Source of the DNA: Brevundimonas sp.
Lineage (GTDB): Bacteria > Pseudomonadota > Alphaproteobacteria > Caulobacterales > Caulobacteraceae
Length of the DNA: 64,000 nucleotides
Direction: 5' to 3'
NCBI RefSeq assembly: GCF_035561115.1
Contig: NZ_DATMYH010000035.1
Span: 208-64,207, forward strand
Part shown: piece by piece, positions 50,467-60,771 of the stretch
Layout of the letters: each line of letters starts with the position of its first letter
How positions within the stretch are numbered: position 1 is the first letter of the stretch
Program-made: the position numbers and the translations under genes
Notes under the pieces: generated by a model
What the model was told of the DNA's origin: nothing
The model's input: the letters and a program-made list of their open reading frames with translations, nothing else
Database searches by the model: none

Positions 50467-50793
50467 TCAGTCGAAAATGTCGAAGATGCTGTCGCGCTTC
50501 TTTTTCTTGTAGCGGTAGTCGTCATCGTCGCGGCTGCGATAGCGGTCGTCGCGATACGCCGGCTGTCCGCTCCACGGTTGAGGCGCCGGCTGCTGAGGGG
50601 GATAGGGCTGTTGCGGCGGCGCGGTCCGGGGCGCGGAGGCGCGGCCTTCCTCGGTCGCCGCAGCCATCAGCTTCTCAAGTTCGCCGCGGTCCAGCCAGAC
50701 GCCGCGGCAGTCGGGGCACATGTCGAACTGGACGCCGCCCCGCTCCAGCGTTTGCATGGCGGTGTTGTCGTTGGGGCACATCAAGAGCGGCAT
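50467..50793 (-). CDS. Zinc-ribbon (zf-TFIIB-like) domain protein
   Basis: CPND...CPDCRGVWLDRGELEKL; Pro/Gln linker; charged tail ending SIFDIFD. Confidence 0.85.
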   Translation of the reverse strand: MPLLMCPNDNTAMQTLERGGVQFDMCPDCRGVWLDRGELEKLMAAATEEGRASAPRTAPPQQPYPPQQPAPQPWSGQPAYRDDRYRSRDDDDYRYKKKKRDSIFDIFD

Positions 50794-50875
50794 CGGCGTC
50801 TCCATTTACAGTTCACCCGGTAGAGCTAGGGCCGGGCCGGGGTTCCGCCAACGCGACCAAGGGCCGCGTCGCGCC

Positions 50876-52741
50876 TCAGGCCGCCGGCGCCCCGCCGCCC
50901 GCCGCGATCCAGGCGTCGACCTGGTCCTCCAGCACGTCCAGCGGCACCGACCCCGAACCCAGCACGACGGCGTGGAAGTCGCGGATGTCGAAGCGGGGAC
51001 CCAGCGCCGCCCGGGCCCGCTGGCGCAGCTCCATGATCTTCAGCTCGCCGATCTTGTAGCTGGTCGCCTGACCCGGATTGGTCAGATAGCGCTCGACCTC
51101 CTTGACGATGTCGCGCTCGCTGAGCAGCGAGTTGCGCTGGAAATATTCGATCGCCTGCTCGCGGCTCCAGCGCTTGGCGTGCAGGCCGGTGTCCGTGACC
51201 AGCCGCACCGCCCGCCACAGCTCCAGCGACAGTCGGCCGAAGTCCGAATACGGGTCCGGATAGAAGCCCATCTCCTTGCCTAGCCGTTCGGCGTACAGGC
51301 CCCAGCCCTCGGCATAGGCGCCATAACCGCCGAAGCGGCGGAAGCGCGGCAGACTCTCCATCTCCTGGGCGTATGCGATCTGGAAATGATGGCCCGGCGC
51401 GCCCTCGTGGTAGCTGATGGCCTCGATCTGGGGCTTCAGCACCTGGGTCATGTCCGACAGGTTGACGTAGTAGATGCCCGGCCGCGACCCGTCCGGCGCC
51501 GGCGAGTTGTAGAAGGCGACGGACGCTGTCGCCTCGCGCCAGGGCTCCACCGACCGCACCTCCAGCGCCGCCTCGGGCAGGTCGTGGAAATACCGCGGGG
51601 CCGCCTCCATCACCTGGGCGATGAAGGCGCGGGAGTCGGTCAGATACTGCTCCTTGCCTTCGGGCGTATTCGGATACTGGAAGCGCGGGTCCGTCTTGAG
51701 GAAGGCGAACATCTCCTGCAGCGAGCCGGTGAAACCCACGCGGGTCATGATGGCCTGCATCTCGCCGTGCAGCCGCGCGACTTCGGCCAGGCCGGTGTCA
51801 TGGATCTGGTCCGCCGTCAGGTCGGTGGTGGTCGAGAGTTGAAGCCGGGCGTTGTAGAAGGCCTCGCCTTCCGGCAACCGCCAGACGCCGGCGTCGCGGT
51901 CGGGCATGGCCGCCGCCTGGATCCGGACCTCGGCCAGGGCCGCCAGCACGCCCTCATAACCGCGCTTCCATTCGCCGGTCAGGGCTGCGCGGCCCTCGGC
52001 CAGCAGCCGGTCCTTCGTCGCCTGATCGACGTCCAGCGCCCCGACCTTCTTCCCGAAATCGGCCCAGACCGGATTGTCGGCGCCGTCATCGAAGGGCGCG
52101 CCGGCGATGATGTTGCGAGTGTTGGCGATCGAGGGCTCGAACACGAAATTCGGCGAGATCACCCCCCTTGACGCCCGGTCGCGCAGTTCGGCGGAAATCT
52201 CGCCCATGACGCGCTCGGCGTCGCGCAGCCGGGCCACATAGGCTTCGGCGTCGGAGACGCTGCCGACGCGGTGGTTGTTGATCATGAACACGGGCAGGCC
52301 CGTGGTCGGATTGCCGTTGGCGGCGAATTGATAGTTCCAGTCGCGCCATCGGTTCGACAGCCGCGCCTGCTGGACGCCGTATTCGAACAGCCGCCACGAC
52401 AGCCGGCTGTCGGCGCTCAGGGTTTGCGGATTGAACTGGTCGTTCAGCTGCGCCAGCTGGCGTTCGGCGAGGGCCAGCGCCCGGTCGGCCGCGGCGTCCG
52501 TAGCGTCATCCAGCCTGTCGTAGTCGGTCTTGAGGCCCAGCGAGGTCATGGTCTGCGGGCTGAGCGCGATCCGCTCCTGGAAGGCCTGTTCGAAGAAGGC
52601 GGCCAGCCGGGCGTCTTCGCTCTGCGCCCCGGCCGGAGCCTCATGTCCGGCGTGGCCGGCGTGGGCGTCCTGCGCCAGAGCGGCGGGCGCGTACGCCAGC
52701 AGGGCGACGGTGGCGGCGGACGAGACGAGCAGACGGCGCAT
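50876..52741 (-). CDS. DUF885 family exported protein (putative metallopeptidase)
   Basis: Signal peptide, YHEGAPGHHFQ, AYAEGWGLYAE, PGQATSYKIG. Confidence 0.92.
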   Translation of the reverse strand: MRRLLVSSAATVALLAYAPAALAQDAHAGHAGHEAPAGAQSEDARLAAFFEQAFQERIALSPQTMTSLGLKTDYDRLDDATDAAADRALALAERQLAQLNDQFNPQTLSADSRLSWRLFEYGVQQARLSNRWRDWNYQFAANGNPTTGLPVFMINNHRVGSVSDAEAYVARLRDAERVMGEISAELRDRASRGVISPNFVFEPSIANTRNIIAGAPFDDGADNPVWADFGKKVGALDVDQATKDRLLAEGRAALTGEWKRGYEGVLAALAEVRIQAAAMPDRDAGVWRLPEGEAFYNARLQLSTTTDLTADQIHDTGLAEVARLHGEMQAIMTRVGFTGSLQEMFAFLKTDPRFQYPNTPEGKEQYLTDSRAFIAQVMEAAPRYFHDLPEAALEVRSVEPWREATASVAFYNSPAPDGSRPGIYYVNLSDMTQVLKPQIEAISYHEGAPGHHFQIAYAQEMESLPRFRRFGGYGAYAEGWGLYAERLGKEMGFYPDPYSDFGRLSLELWRAVRLVTDTGLHAKRWSREQAIEYFQRNSLLSERDIVKEVERYLTNPGQATSYKIGELKIMELRQRARAALGPRFDIRDFHAVVLGSGSVPLDVLEDQVDAWIAAGGGAPAA

Positions 52742-52803
52742 GGAACCCCCGGTAAAACTGAGGGCGGGACCATCCCCGACCGGGAGCCGGGGCGCAAGTC
52801 GCC

Positions 52804-53421
52804 CTAGAACTGCCGCCAGCTGTCGCCGGGGTCGCGTTCGCCGGGGTCGACGCTCTGCTGGCCCCAGGCGACGATCATCAGCAGCTTGTGGCTGCGAATA
52901 CGGAACTCTCCCGTCATGGGCACGACGGCCCCCAGCGGCGCCCCCGTCTTCGGCTCGTAGAGAAAGCCCGAGAACTCCGCGACGCCGACCCGGTCGCGGC
53001 GGCTGTAGAGCGACAGTTCCGGCACCGAGACGACATTGAAGCTGTCGTTGATCGGCACCCGCATGTCCGGCAATCCGAAGACGCGGCGCATCTGTTCCAG
53101 CGACAGCGCCCCGGCGCGCAGTTCGAACACCGCGTCGGCCTCCGACTTCGACGGAGCCAGGGCGTAGCCCGCCTCGGACAGGGCGGCGCGGATGGCGCTG
53201 ATCGCATAGGCGGCGTTCTCGGCGCGGAAGAAGGCGTCGTCGACGAAAATCCGCGAACCGGCCGGTATGGGCAGGGTCAGGCCCTCGACGGCGCGGTCGG
53301 CGGCGCGGGCGACCAGCAGCTGTTCGGTCGCGGTCCGTGACGGATAGGTCTCGGAGGTCGAGGCGCAGGCGGCCAGGGCGGAGGCCGCAGTCAGGACGGC
53401 GATCAGTGTCTTCACGGTCAC
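52804..53421 (-). CDS. Hypothetical lipoprotein (DUF6655-like)
   Basis: GTG start overlapping the gloA stop; lipobox LAAC; RTATEQLLVARAADRA. Confidence 0.7.
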   Translation of the reverse strand: MTVKTLIAVLTAASALAACASTSETYPSRTATEQLLVARAADRAVEGLTLPIPAGSRIFVDDAFFRAENAAYAISAIRAALSEAGYALAPSKSEADAVFELRAGALSLEQMRRVFGLPDMRVPINDSFNVVSVPELSLYSRRDRVGVAEFSGFLYEPKTGAPLGAVVPMTGEFRIRSHKLLMIVAWGQQSVDPGERDPGDSWRQF

Positions 53422-53858
53422 CAGTTCCCGGTGTTGGGCATCGAGGCCCATGGCTCGGCGGGGGGCAGGGGCGCGCCGTCCTGGAGCAGTTCTATGGAGA
53501 TGCCGTCGGGCGAGCGCACGAAGGCCATGTTGCCGTCGCGCGGCGGGCGGTTGATCACCACGCCGCCGTCCATCAGCCGCCGGCAGGCGGCGTAGATGTC
53601 GTCGACCCGGTAGGCCAGATGGCCGAAATTGCGACCGCCGTCATAGGGCTGGGGGTCCCAGTTGAAGGTCAATTCCACCTCGGGCGACCACTCGGTCTCC
53701 GCGCGGGCCCGGTCGGCCGGGGCGGCGAGGAAGACCAGGGTGTAGCGGCCGGCCTGGTTCTCCATCCGCCGCGTTTCGACCAGACCCAGCAGGTCGCAGT
53801 AGAAATGCAACGACGCCTCGAGGTCGGCGACCCGGACCATGGTGTGCAGATAGCGCAT
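53418..53858 (-). CDS. gloA: Lactoylglutathione lyase (glyoxalase I, VOC family)
   Basis: YLHTMVRV, GRYTLVFL, ELTFNW, NFGHLAY, AFVRSPDGISIELL. Confidence 0.88.
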   Translation of the reverse strand: MRYLHTMVRVADLEASLHFYCDLLGLVETRRMENQAGRYTLVFLAAPADRARAETEWSPEVELTFNWDPQPYDGGRNFGHLAYRVDDIYAACRRLMDGGVVINRPPRDGNMAFVRSPDGISIELLQDGAPLPPAEPWASMPNTGNW

Positions 53859-54001
53859 GAGGACGTCCGTCCTGGGAGAGGCGGGAAGCCGGCCTCTATA
53901 GCGACCCTTCGCCGCGATCGCGAATAACGGCCTGTTTCGGTGGATGCGTCCGCCTGCCCCGCCTGCTAGACGCGACCGGTCCGGCCCGCCGAAGGAATTC
54001 C

Positions 54002-54577
54002 ATGCTCCGCAAGCTCTACGATCAGGTCTTCGCCCTGGCCCGCAGCAAACACGCCACCCCGGCCCTGGCCGTGGTGTCCTTCACCGAAAGCTCGTTCTTC
54101 CCGGTGCCGCCGGACGTGATGCTGGCGCCGATGATTCTGGCGCGGCCGGACCGGGCGTACTTTTATGCGACCGTCTGCACGCTCGCCTCGGTGCTGGGCG
54201 CGATGCTGGGCTATGCGATCGGCTATTTCCTGACTGATGTCGGAATGATGATTCTGGCCTGGCTGGGCAAGGCCGACACCTTCGAGGCGTCCAAGGCCCT
54301 GTTCCAGCAGCACGGCGCCTGGGTGATCCTGATCAAGGGTCTGACCCCCATCCCGTTCAAGCTGATCACCATCGCCTCGGGCATCTTCCAGTTCAACTTC
54401 GCCCTGTTCGTGGCGTTGTGCGCCATGACCCGGGGCGCGCGCTTCTACGCCGAGGCCTTCATCCTGAGGCGCTGGGGCCCCCCGATGCTGGAGATGGTCG
54501 AGAAGCGGCTGGCGATGTGGAGCATCATCGGCCTGGTGGTGCTGGCCGGCGCCATAGCGGCGGTCAAGCTTCTCTGA
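54002..54577 (+). CDS. YqaA family (DedA/VTT domain) membrane protein
   Basis: SFTESSFFPVPPDVML, ASVLGAMLGY, TPIPFKLITIASG. Confidence 0.92.
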   Translation: MLRKLYDQVFALARSKHATPALAVVSFTESSFFPVPPDVMLAPMILARPDRAYFYATVCTLASVLGAMLGYAIGYFLTDVGMMILAWLGKADTFEASKALFQQHGAWVILIKGLTPIPFKLITIASGIFQFNFALFVALCAMTRGARFYAEAFILRRWGPPMLEMVEKRLAMWSIIGLVVLAGAIAAVKLL

Positions 54578-54653
54578 TCGGGCTTCTGCCCGGATCAGCG
54601 GATGTGCGGGAACCATCGACGGTAGCGATTGCGGCAGCTATGAACATCGTCCG

Positions 54654-55187
54654 ATGAGAGGCCTTTATCGACTCCTGACGCGGTGGTGGACCGCCTTCGC
54701 CCTCGCCGCCTCGCTGGCGCTGCTGGGCGCGGCGCATGCGTTCGAGCGGTTCGCCGGCCTGGCGCCCTGCAACCTGTGCCTCAAGCAGCGCGAAGTGTAC
54801 TGGGGCGCGGTGGCGATCGCCCTGACCGCCACCCTCTGGCACCTGGTCAGCCGGGGCAGCCGGGGGACCCCCCGCATCGCCGCCTTCCTGCTGGCCGTCG
54901 TCTTCGCCACGGGCGCGGTCACGGCCGCCTTCCACATGGGCGGCGAGATGAAGTGGTGGGATCTGCCCGCAAGCTGCGCCGGCGGCGGAGACGTCAACCT
55001 CGAGAGCCTCGCTGCGCTCGCGCTGGGCGCCGGACCGATCGAGACGCCGGTCTTCTGCGACACGGTGACATGGCGGTTCCTCGGCCTGTCGATGGCAGGA
55101 TGGAACGTTCTGATCTCGGCGGCCCTCGCCGTGTTCAGCCTGCTCGCCGCAAAGAGGCCCAAGGATGCCCGCGCTCCCCGAAGCTGA
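54654..55187 (+). CDS. dsbB: Disulfide bond formation protein B family
   Basis: PCNLCLKQR (CxxC), H..E..WW, second Cys pair, LGLSMAGWN. Confidence 0.9.
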   Translation: MRGLYRLLTRWWTAFALAASLALLGAAHAFERFAGLAPCNLCLKQREVYWGAVAIALTATLWHLVSRGSRGTPRIAAFLLAVVFATGAVTAAFHMGGEMKWWDLPASCAGGGDVNLESLAALALGAGPIETPVFCDTVTWRFLGLSMAGWNVLISAALAVFSLLAAKRPKDARAPRS

Positions 55188-55758
55188 TCACCTGACCGAC
55201 CGGCGCATTCCGCTGGCGCGGCCCGGACGGGGCGCCAGCCGGCGGCGGCGGGACGAGATCCTGCGCGTCGACCATGCCGGCGAATACGCCGCCGTCCACA
55301 TCTACCGCGCCCAGAAGGCCGTGTTCGAGGGCCGGGCGGGCAAGACGGCGCTCGCCGCCGACATGGGCGAGATGCGGGACCAGGAGGCGGTCCATCTGGC
55401 GCGGTTCGAGGCCCTGCTGAACGCCGAGCGCGTGCGCCCCACCCTGATGACTCCGGTCTGGCGGCTGGCGGCCATGGCGCTGGGAACCGGGACCGCCCTG
55501 ATGGGCGAGAAAGCCGCCCACGCCTGCACCGAGGCGGTCGAGAGCGTGATCGAGGAACACTATGCCGGTCAGATCGCCGAGCTTCGCGACCGCGATCCGG
55601 CCCTGGCGGCTGAATTGTCGGTGTTCCGGGATGAGGAACTGGCCCATCACGACCATGCGGTCGGGCGCGGGGCTCGCGAGGCGCCGGCGTATGGCCTGCT
55701 CAGCGCTGCCATCAAGGCCGGCTGCCGCGCCGCCATAAAGATCAGCGAAAAGGTCTGA
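55165..55758 (+). CDS. coq7: Demethoxyubiquinone hydroxylase (Coq7, di-iron)
   Basis: RVDHAGEYAA..IY..Q, ExxH (QEAVH), ACTEAVESVIEEHY..Q, DEELAH. Confidence 0.92.
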   Translation: MPALPEADHLTDRRIPLARPGRGASRRRRDEILRVDHAGEYAAVHIYRAQKAVFEGRAGKTALAADMGEMRDQEAVHLARFEALLNAERVRPTLMTPVWRLAAMALGTGTALMGEKAAHACTEAVESVIEEHYAGQIAELRDRDPALAAELSVFRDEELAHHDHAVGRGAREAPAYGLLSAAIKAGCRAAIKISEKV

Positions 55759-55829
55759 TCGCACGCCCGGGTTGCGCTCCGCCGTCTGGCAGGCATTATG
55801 GGGATCCAGGTTTTTTACAGGAGAGCCCT

Positions 55830-56135
55830 GTGTCATTCCCCATCGCCTTGCTTGCCTCGCTTCTGTTGCAACAGACTCCGCAGGTCGCCACCCCTCCCGC
55901 GGCGACAGTGGTTCCCGCCCCGGCGGCCGCTCCCGGAGCCGCGCCGGCGCCCGCCGGCGCCCGCGTGGTCGCGCAGCGGGCCGAACCGGTCCAGGTCTGC
56001 CGGACCGAACCGGTCACCGGATCGCGTTTCGGGCGTCGGGTTTGCCGCAGCGTCTTCCAGACCGAGGAGGACCGCGCCAACAGCCGGGAAATGCTGCGCC
56101 AGATGCAAGACGTCCGGACCACACCGGTCGGCTAA
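55830..56135 (+). CDS. Small exported hypothetical protein
   Basis: Signal-like N-terminus, Pro/Ala linker, VCRTEPVTGSRFGRRVC motif. Confidence 0.7.
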   Translation: MSFPIALLASLLLQQTPQVATPPAATVVPAPAAAPGAAPAPAGARVVAQRAEPVQVCRTEPVTGSRFGRRVCRSVFQTEEDRANSREMLRQMQDVRTTPVG

Positions 56136-57106
56136 CGTCTGACAGCGGCCCTCACATCGAAGGCCAGCAGCAGGGTTCGCTGGCGCGGATTGTCATTGTC
56201 GTCAGACAGGATGTAGAGACGCGTCCCCGATGCATGGGCCGCCGCCGCCAGGCCCTCGAAATTGTCCGTCGTCGACGGCAGGCTGAGGGTAGCGAGCACG
56301 GGCCCCAGCCGGCCGGACGGGTCCATGCGGCGCACGCGGGCGCGCATGTCGAACGGCTCGCGGTACAGCCGCTCGACGACGAACCAGCCATCGCCGGCCG
56401 GATCGCGGTCCATGCCGGTGACGCGCCAGTCGGCGACGGCGAGCGGCGTCGACGGCGGCGGCGCGACCTCGGTGCAGCGCAAGGCCGTGCAATCCCAGAC
56501 CCCTCCGCCCTCTGCAACGGCGCGCAGACCTTCGGCCCCCGCCGCCAGCGCCTCCAGACCGTCGTTGCCGGGCGGAACGGGCGGAACCGCAAGCGCTGAC
56601 GGGCGACTCCTCAGCGCATCAAGCGGGCCGTAGGACCACAGCCGGGGCGTCTGTTCGAAGCCCACCACCAGCTCGCCGGCCGCCGTGATCGCCAGGCTTT
56701 CGGCGTCGCCGTCCGACTTGGACGGGAAGGCGCGCCCGTCCCCCGCGGTCAGGTTGCGCAAACGGAGGCCGGACAGGCCGGCCAGCCGGCCTCGCCCATC
56801 GAACGCCAGCCGTCCCCGCACCAGATCGCCGGCGTCGGTGACCGCCACCAGGTCTCCATCCGAAAGCTTCAGATCTGACAGGCCATGCAACCGGTCGCCC
56901 GCCGGCGCGAGGATCTGGACGCCGCCCGCGTAGCGCACGCCCGGCCCCAGCCGGACGCCCCCGGGCACGCCCAGACCGACCGTGCGGATTTCCGCGGCGA
57001 CGGGCGTCCAGCCGTCGGCGGAGCCTCGCCACGGTTCGGAAATCACGCCCGCGCCCGCGCAGGCGCCCAGCATCAATGTCAGGCTGACGGCGGCGAGCCG
57101 CCTCAA
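56132..57106 (-). CDS. Esterase-like activity of phytase family lipoprotein
   Basis: TTG start overlapping the cobT stop; lipobox LGAC; [31 protein letters not shown]. Confidence 0.8.
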   Translation of the reverse strand: MRRLAAVSLTLMLGACAGAGVISEPWRGSADGWTPVAAEIRTVGLGVPGGVRLGPGVRYAGGVQILAPAGDRLHGLSDLKLSDGDLVAVTDAGDLVRGRLAFDGRGRLAGLSGLRLRNLTAGDGRAFPSKSDGDAESLAITAAGELVVGFEQTPRLWSYGPLDALRSRPSALAVPPVPPGNDGLEALAAGAEGLRAVAEGGGVWDCTALRCTEVAPPPSTPLAVADWRVTGMDRDPAGDGWFVVERLYREPFDMRARVRRMDPSGRLGPVLATLSLPSTTDNFEGLAAAAHASGTRLYILSDDNDNPRQRTLLLAFDVRAAVRR

Positions 57107-58974
57107 GCGGCCTTCCGGCGGCGCCCGGCTGAAACCGCCTTGGGCTCGGCGTCGAACAGGGCGGCCAGGTTCTCGACCATGGCTCCGGCCAGCTGTTCGA
57201 CATCGACGATCGTCACGGCGCGGCGGTACCAGCGGGTCACGTCGTGGCCGATGCCGATGGCCATCAGCTCGACCGGCGAGCGGGTCTCGATCTCGGCGAT
57301 GACCTGACGCAGATGCTTGTCCAGGTAGAGGGCCGCATTGGCCGACTGGGTGGAATCGTCGACCGGCGAACCGTCCGAAATGACCATCAGGATCCGGCGC
57401 GACTCGGTGCGGCCCAGCAGGCGCTCGTGGGCCCAGGTCAGGGCCTCGCCGTCGATGTTCTCCTTCAGCAGCCCCTCGCGCATCATCAGGCCGAGACTCT
57501 TTTTCGCCCGGCGCCACGGCGCGTCGGCGGATTTGTAGATGATGTGCCGCAGGTCATTCAGCCGCCCCGGGTTGGCGGGCTTGCCGGCGGTGATCCAGGC
57601 CTCGCGCGACTGGCCGCCCTTCCAGGCCCGGGTGGTGAAGCCGAGGATCTCGACCTTGACCCCGCAGCGCTCCAGCGTCCGCGCCAGAATGTCGGCGCAC
57701 ACGGCCGCCACCATGATCGGCCGCCCGCGCATCGAGCCGGAGTTGTCGAGCAGCAGGGTCACCACCGTGTCGCGGAACGGGCTTTCGCTCTCGGCCTTGA
57801 AGCTGAGTGGACTGGTGGGGTCGGTGATGATCCGGGTCAGGCGGGCGGTGTCCAGCACCCCTTCCTCAAGGTCGAAATGCCAGCTGCGGTTCTGTTGCGC
57901 CATCAGACGGCGTTGCAGCTTGTTGGCCAGACGCGACACCACCGAGGACAGGGCCGTGAGCTGCTGGTCCAGCAGGGCGCGCAGCCGCTCCAGCTCGTTC
58001 GGATCGCACAGCTCGGCGGCGTCCACCACCTCGTCGAAGGCGGTGGTGAAGACGCGATAGGCGTCGATGGCCCGGCCGTCGTCCATGGTCTGCTGGCGGT
58101 TGGGCAGGGAGCCCTCGTTGACATCCGGCCCGTCATCCGAGGCTTCGCCATCGGGATCGCCCGGCGCGCCGTCCGGGCGGCTGTCGCGGTCCTCGCCCTG
58201 GTCCTGATCGTCCGTCGAGCCGTCCATCGACTGGCCCTCGCCGCCGCCGGCGTCGTCTTCCTCGTCCTGATCGGCGGCCGCGTCCGGGTCCTGCCCATCG
58301 GGCTCCTCGTCGCCCTGGTCGTCCGAGGCGTCGTCTCCGCGGCCGTCGCCGGGATCGAGATCCAGTGCGCGGAGAACGTCTTTCAACCGTTCGGCGAAGA
58401 CGGTCTGGTCGCCGGCGACCTCGGCCAGCGCGTCGAGTTTCGCGCCCGCCTTATCCTCGATGGCCGCGCGGACGAGGTCCAGCATCGACCCTGCGCCGTC
58501 GGGGGCGCGTTCGCCGGTCAGGCGTTCCCGCACCAGCAGGGCCACGGCCTCGGGCAGAGGCACCCGCTCGGCGTCGGCGCGCAGGGCCCCCATCTTCTCC
58601 AGTCGGGTCAACAGGGCCGCGTTCATATTGGCGCGGACCCCGGCGAGGGCGGTCGAGCCCACGGCCTCGACCCTGGCCTGTTCCACCGCCTCGAACACCT
58701 CGGAGGCGCGCGTGTCCACCGGCCGCAGCCTCGCGTGCAGGCCTTCGTCGTGATTGGCGAGACGCAGGGCCAGCCGGTCGGCCTGTCCGCGCAGGGTTGC
58801 GTTCTCGGGCGCGCCGGGATCGCGCGGCGGGTGCGGCAGGGTCAGGACGCCGTTGGCCAGCTTCGGCCCGTCCGAGCCGAAGGCGACCTCAAGCTCGGAC
58901 TGCTCGGCCAGCGCCCGCGCCGCATGGGCGAGCGCGCGCTTGAAGATGTCGGCGGGAGTGTCGGCGGAGGCCAT
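57103..58974 (-). CDS. cobT: Cobaltochelatase subunit CobT (VWA domain)
   Basis: [16 protein letters not shown], acidic linker, [41 protein letters not shown]. Confidence 0.93.
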   Translation of the reverse strand: MASADTPADIFKRALAHAARALAEQSELEVAFGSDGPKLANGVLTLPHPPRDPGAPENATLRGQADRLALRLANHDEGLHARLRPVDTRASEVFEAVEQARVEAVGSTALAGVRANMNAALLTRLEKMGALRADAERVPLPEAVALLVRERLTGERAPDGAGSMLDLVRAAIEDKAGAKLDALAEVAGDQTVFAERLKDVLRALDLDPGDGRGDDASDDQGDEEPDGQDPDAAADQDEEDDAGGGEGQSMDGSTDDQDQGEDRDSRPDGAPGDPDGEASDDGPDVNEGSLPNRQQTMDDGRAIDAYRVFTTAFDEVVDAAELCDPNELERLRALLDQQLTALSSVVSRLANKLQRRLMAQQNRSWHFDLEEGVLDTARLTRIITDPTSPLSFKAESESPFRDTVVTLLLDNSGSMRGRPIMVAAVCADILARTLERCGVKVEILGFTTRAWKGGQSREAWITAGKPANPGRLNDLRHIIYKSADAPWRRAKKSLGLMMREGLLKENIDGEALTWAHERLLGRTESRRILMVISDGSPVDDSTQSANAALYLDKHLRQVIAEIETRSPVELMAIGIGHDVTRWYRRAVTIVDVEQLAGAMVENLAALFDAEPKAVSAGRRRKAA

Positions 58975-59024
58975 AAGGGTCAGATAGCGGTTCTGTCTCG
59001 CCGGGAGAAGGCGGACAAAGCCCA

Positions 59025-59187
59025 CTCCTTCCCCATTTCATGGGGAGGTGGATCGTCGGCGCAGCCGGCGAGACGGAGGGGGCGACTCGGTGACGGGGAT
59101 TGGCGGGCGACCGGCTGAACCCGGCGTCGCCCCCTCCGTCACGGCGCGAAGGCGCGCCGCGCCACCTCCCCACGATGTGGGGAGGAG
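59025..59187. repeat. RIME/CIR-like palindromic element (family of 26672-26817)
   Basis: ctccttccccatttcatggggaggtgg ... ccacctccccacgatgtggggaggag; inner gacggagggggcgac / gtcgccccctccgtc arms. Confidence 0.85.
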
Positions 59188-59193
59188 ACGAAA

Positions 59194-59751
59194 CTACGCC
59201 GCGTTCGCCGCCTTCGACTTCAGCTTGTCCTGGTGCGCGCGCATGCCGACGGCGATCAGTTCGGCGGCCTCGCCGGCGTCGCCCCAGCCCTTGACCGTGA
59301 CCGACTTGTTCTTCTCCAGATCCTTGTAGCGGGTGAAGAAGTGCTCGATCTGCTCGACCAGAATGGCCGGCAGCTGCCGGTAGCTGGCGATGTCGGTGTA
59401 ATAGGGGTTCAACTTGTCGACCGGCACGGCCAGGATCTTCTCGTCGCCGCCGGCCTCGTCTTCCATCTTCAGCACGCCGATCGGACGCGAGCGGATGATG
59501 CAGCCCGGCACGACCGGAGTCGGGTTCAGCACGATCACGTCGCAGGGGTCGCCGTCGTCCGACAGGGTGTGCGGGATGAAGCCGTAGTTGCCCGGATAGT
59601 ACATGGCGGTGTGCAGGAAGCGGTCGACGAACAGGGCGCCCGAGGCCTTGTCCATCTCGTACTTGACCGGCAGGCCGCCCTGCGGGATCTCGATGATGAC
59701 ATTGACGTCCCAGGGCGGGTTCGGGCCGACGGGGATGGCGTCGATATTCAT
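59194..59751 (-). CDS. ppa: Inorganic pyrophosphatase
   Basis: [52 protein letters not shown]. Confidence 0.97.
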   Translation of the reverse strand: MNIDAIPVGPNPPWDVNVIIEIPQGGLPVKYEMDKASGALFVDRFLHTAMYYPGNYGFIPHTLSDDGDPCDVIVLNPTPVVPGCIIRSRPIGVLKMEDEAGGDEKILAVPVDKLNPYYTDIASYRQLPAILVEQIEHFFTRYKDLEKNKSVTVKGWGDAGEAAELIAVGMRAHQDKLKSKAANAA

Positions 59752-59920
59752 GGCGCGTCCGGTTATGCTGCAGTGCGATACGAGTGGCGGGCGTGATAGG
59801 CGCGCACGGCGCCCGAAGCAAGGCGGGGGATGGTTTTGCGCTATGTTCGCGACGCGGTCGCTCACGGCTTGAGCGCGGGACGGCCGCGCGCCACCATGCC
59901 GCTGTGACAAGGAGCGACCC

Positions 59921-60604
59921 ATGACCCTTTTCGACTGGCTGGCCCTCGCCTTCTTTCTCGTCTGCTGGCTCGGCTACGGGCCTCTGCTCAGTCTGCTGGC
60001 GCGGCGCAGCGGCACGTTGAACGACGACATGCTGATCGTGCGCCGTGTCTGGATGACCGCGATGACCCATCGCGAAATCCGCCTCGTCGACAGCAACCTG
60101 CTGGGCCACACGATCAATTCCGGGGGTTTCTTCGCCTCCACCAACCTGCTGCTGATCGCGGCCGTGGGCAGCGTCCTGTTCGGAGGCGAACAGGCGATCG
60201 CGGGATTCGCCTCGGTGGGGGACGATGATGTGCCGACCCGCCTGCTCAAGGCCAAGCTGGCGCTGGTACTGCTCTGTCTGTCGCGGGGCCTGCTGGATTT
60301 CATCTGGTCGATCCGTCAGCTGAACTATTCGCTGGCCCTGATCGGCGCGGCCCCGGAGGTGCATACCGAGGCGGACAGGGTCGCGCTCGGCGACGCGGCG
60401 GCCAATCTGCTGAATCCGGCGCTCAGCGCCTTCAGCCAGGGCGTGCGGGGTTATTATTTCGCGCTCGCGGCGGCCGCCTGGCTGTTCGGCCCCCTTTGGC
60501 TGGCGATCGGCGTCGCGGCCATTTCCTGCCTGCTGGTCTGGCGTCAGGCCGGTTCTCCGGCCGCCCGGGCCATCCGTAGCGCCCGGCGCCTGCTGGAGCC
60601 CTGA
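59921..60604 (+). CDS. DUF599 family membrane protein
   Basis: [31 protein letters not shown]. Confidence 0.88.
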   Translation: MTLFDWLALAFFLVCWLGYGPLLSLLARRSGTLNDDMLIVRRVWMTAMTHREIRLVDSNLLGHTINSGGFFASTNLLLIAAVGSVLFGGEQAIAGFASVGDDDVPTRLLKAKLALVLLCLSRGLLDFIWSIRQLNYSLALIGAAPEVHTEADRVALGDAAANLLNPALSAFSQGVRGYYFALAAAAWLFGPLWLAIGVAAISCLLVWRQAGSPAARAIRSARRLLEP

Positions 60605-60735
60605 GGCCGAACGGCCAAGGCCGTTCGCAGATGCGCTGGCACGCGGACAGATTTTGCCGCCGGAAACGGTTACACTACGATCACGCGGACCGATCATGCC
60701 GTTACAAGGCGTGAACGCAGGTGCGAAGTACCGTC

Positions 60736-60764
60736 TTGACGATTTGTGCACCGCACACTAACTT
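60736..60764 (+). promoter_or_regulatory. Sigma70 promoter of the alpha-r8 sRNA with embedded regulator sites
   Basis: TTGACG-N17-TAACTT; TTGTGCA at 60744-60750; TGTGC-ACC-GCACA palindrome at 60745-60757. Confidence 0.75.
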
Positions 60765-60771
60765 GATCTTC

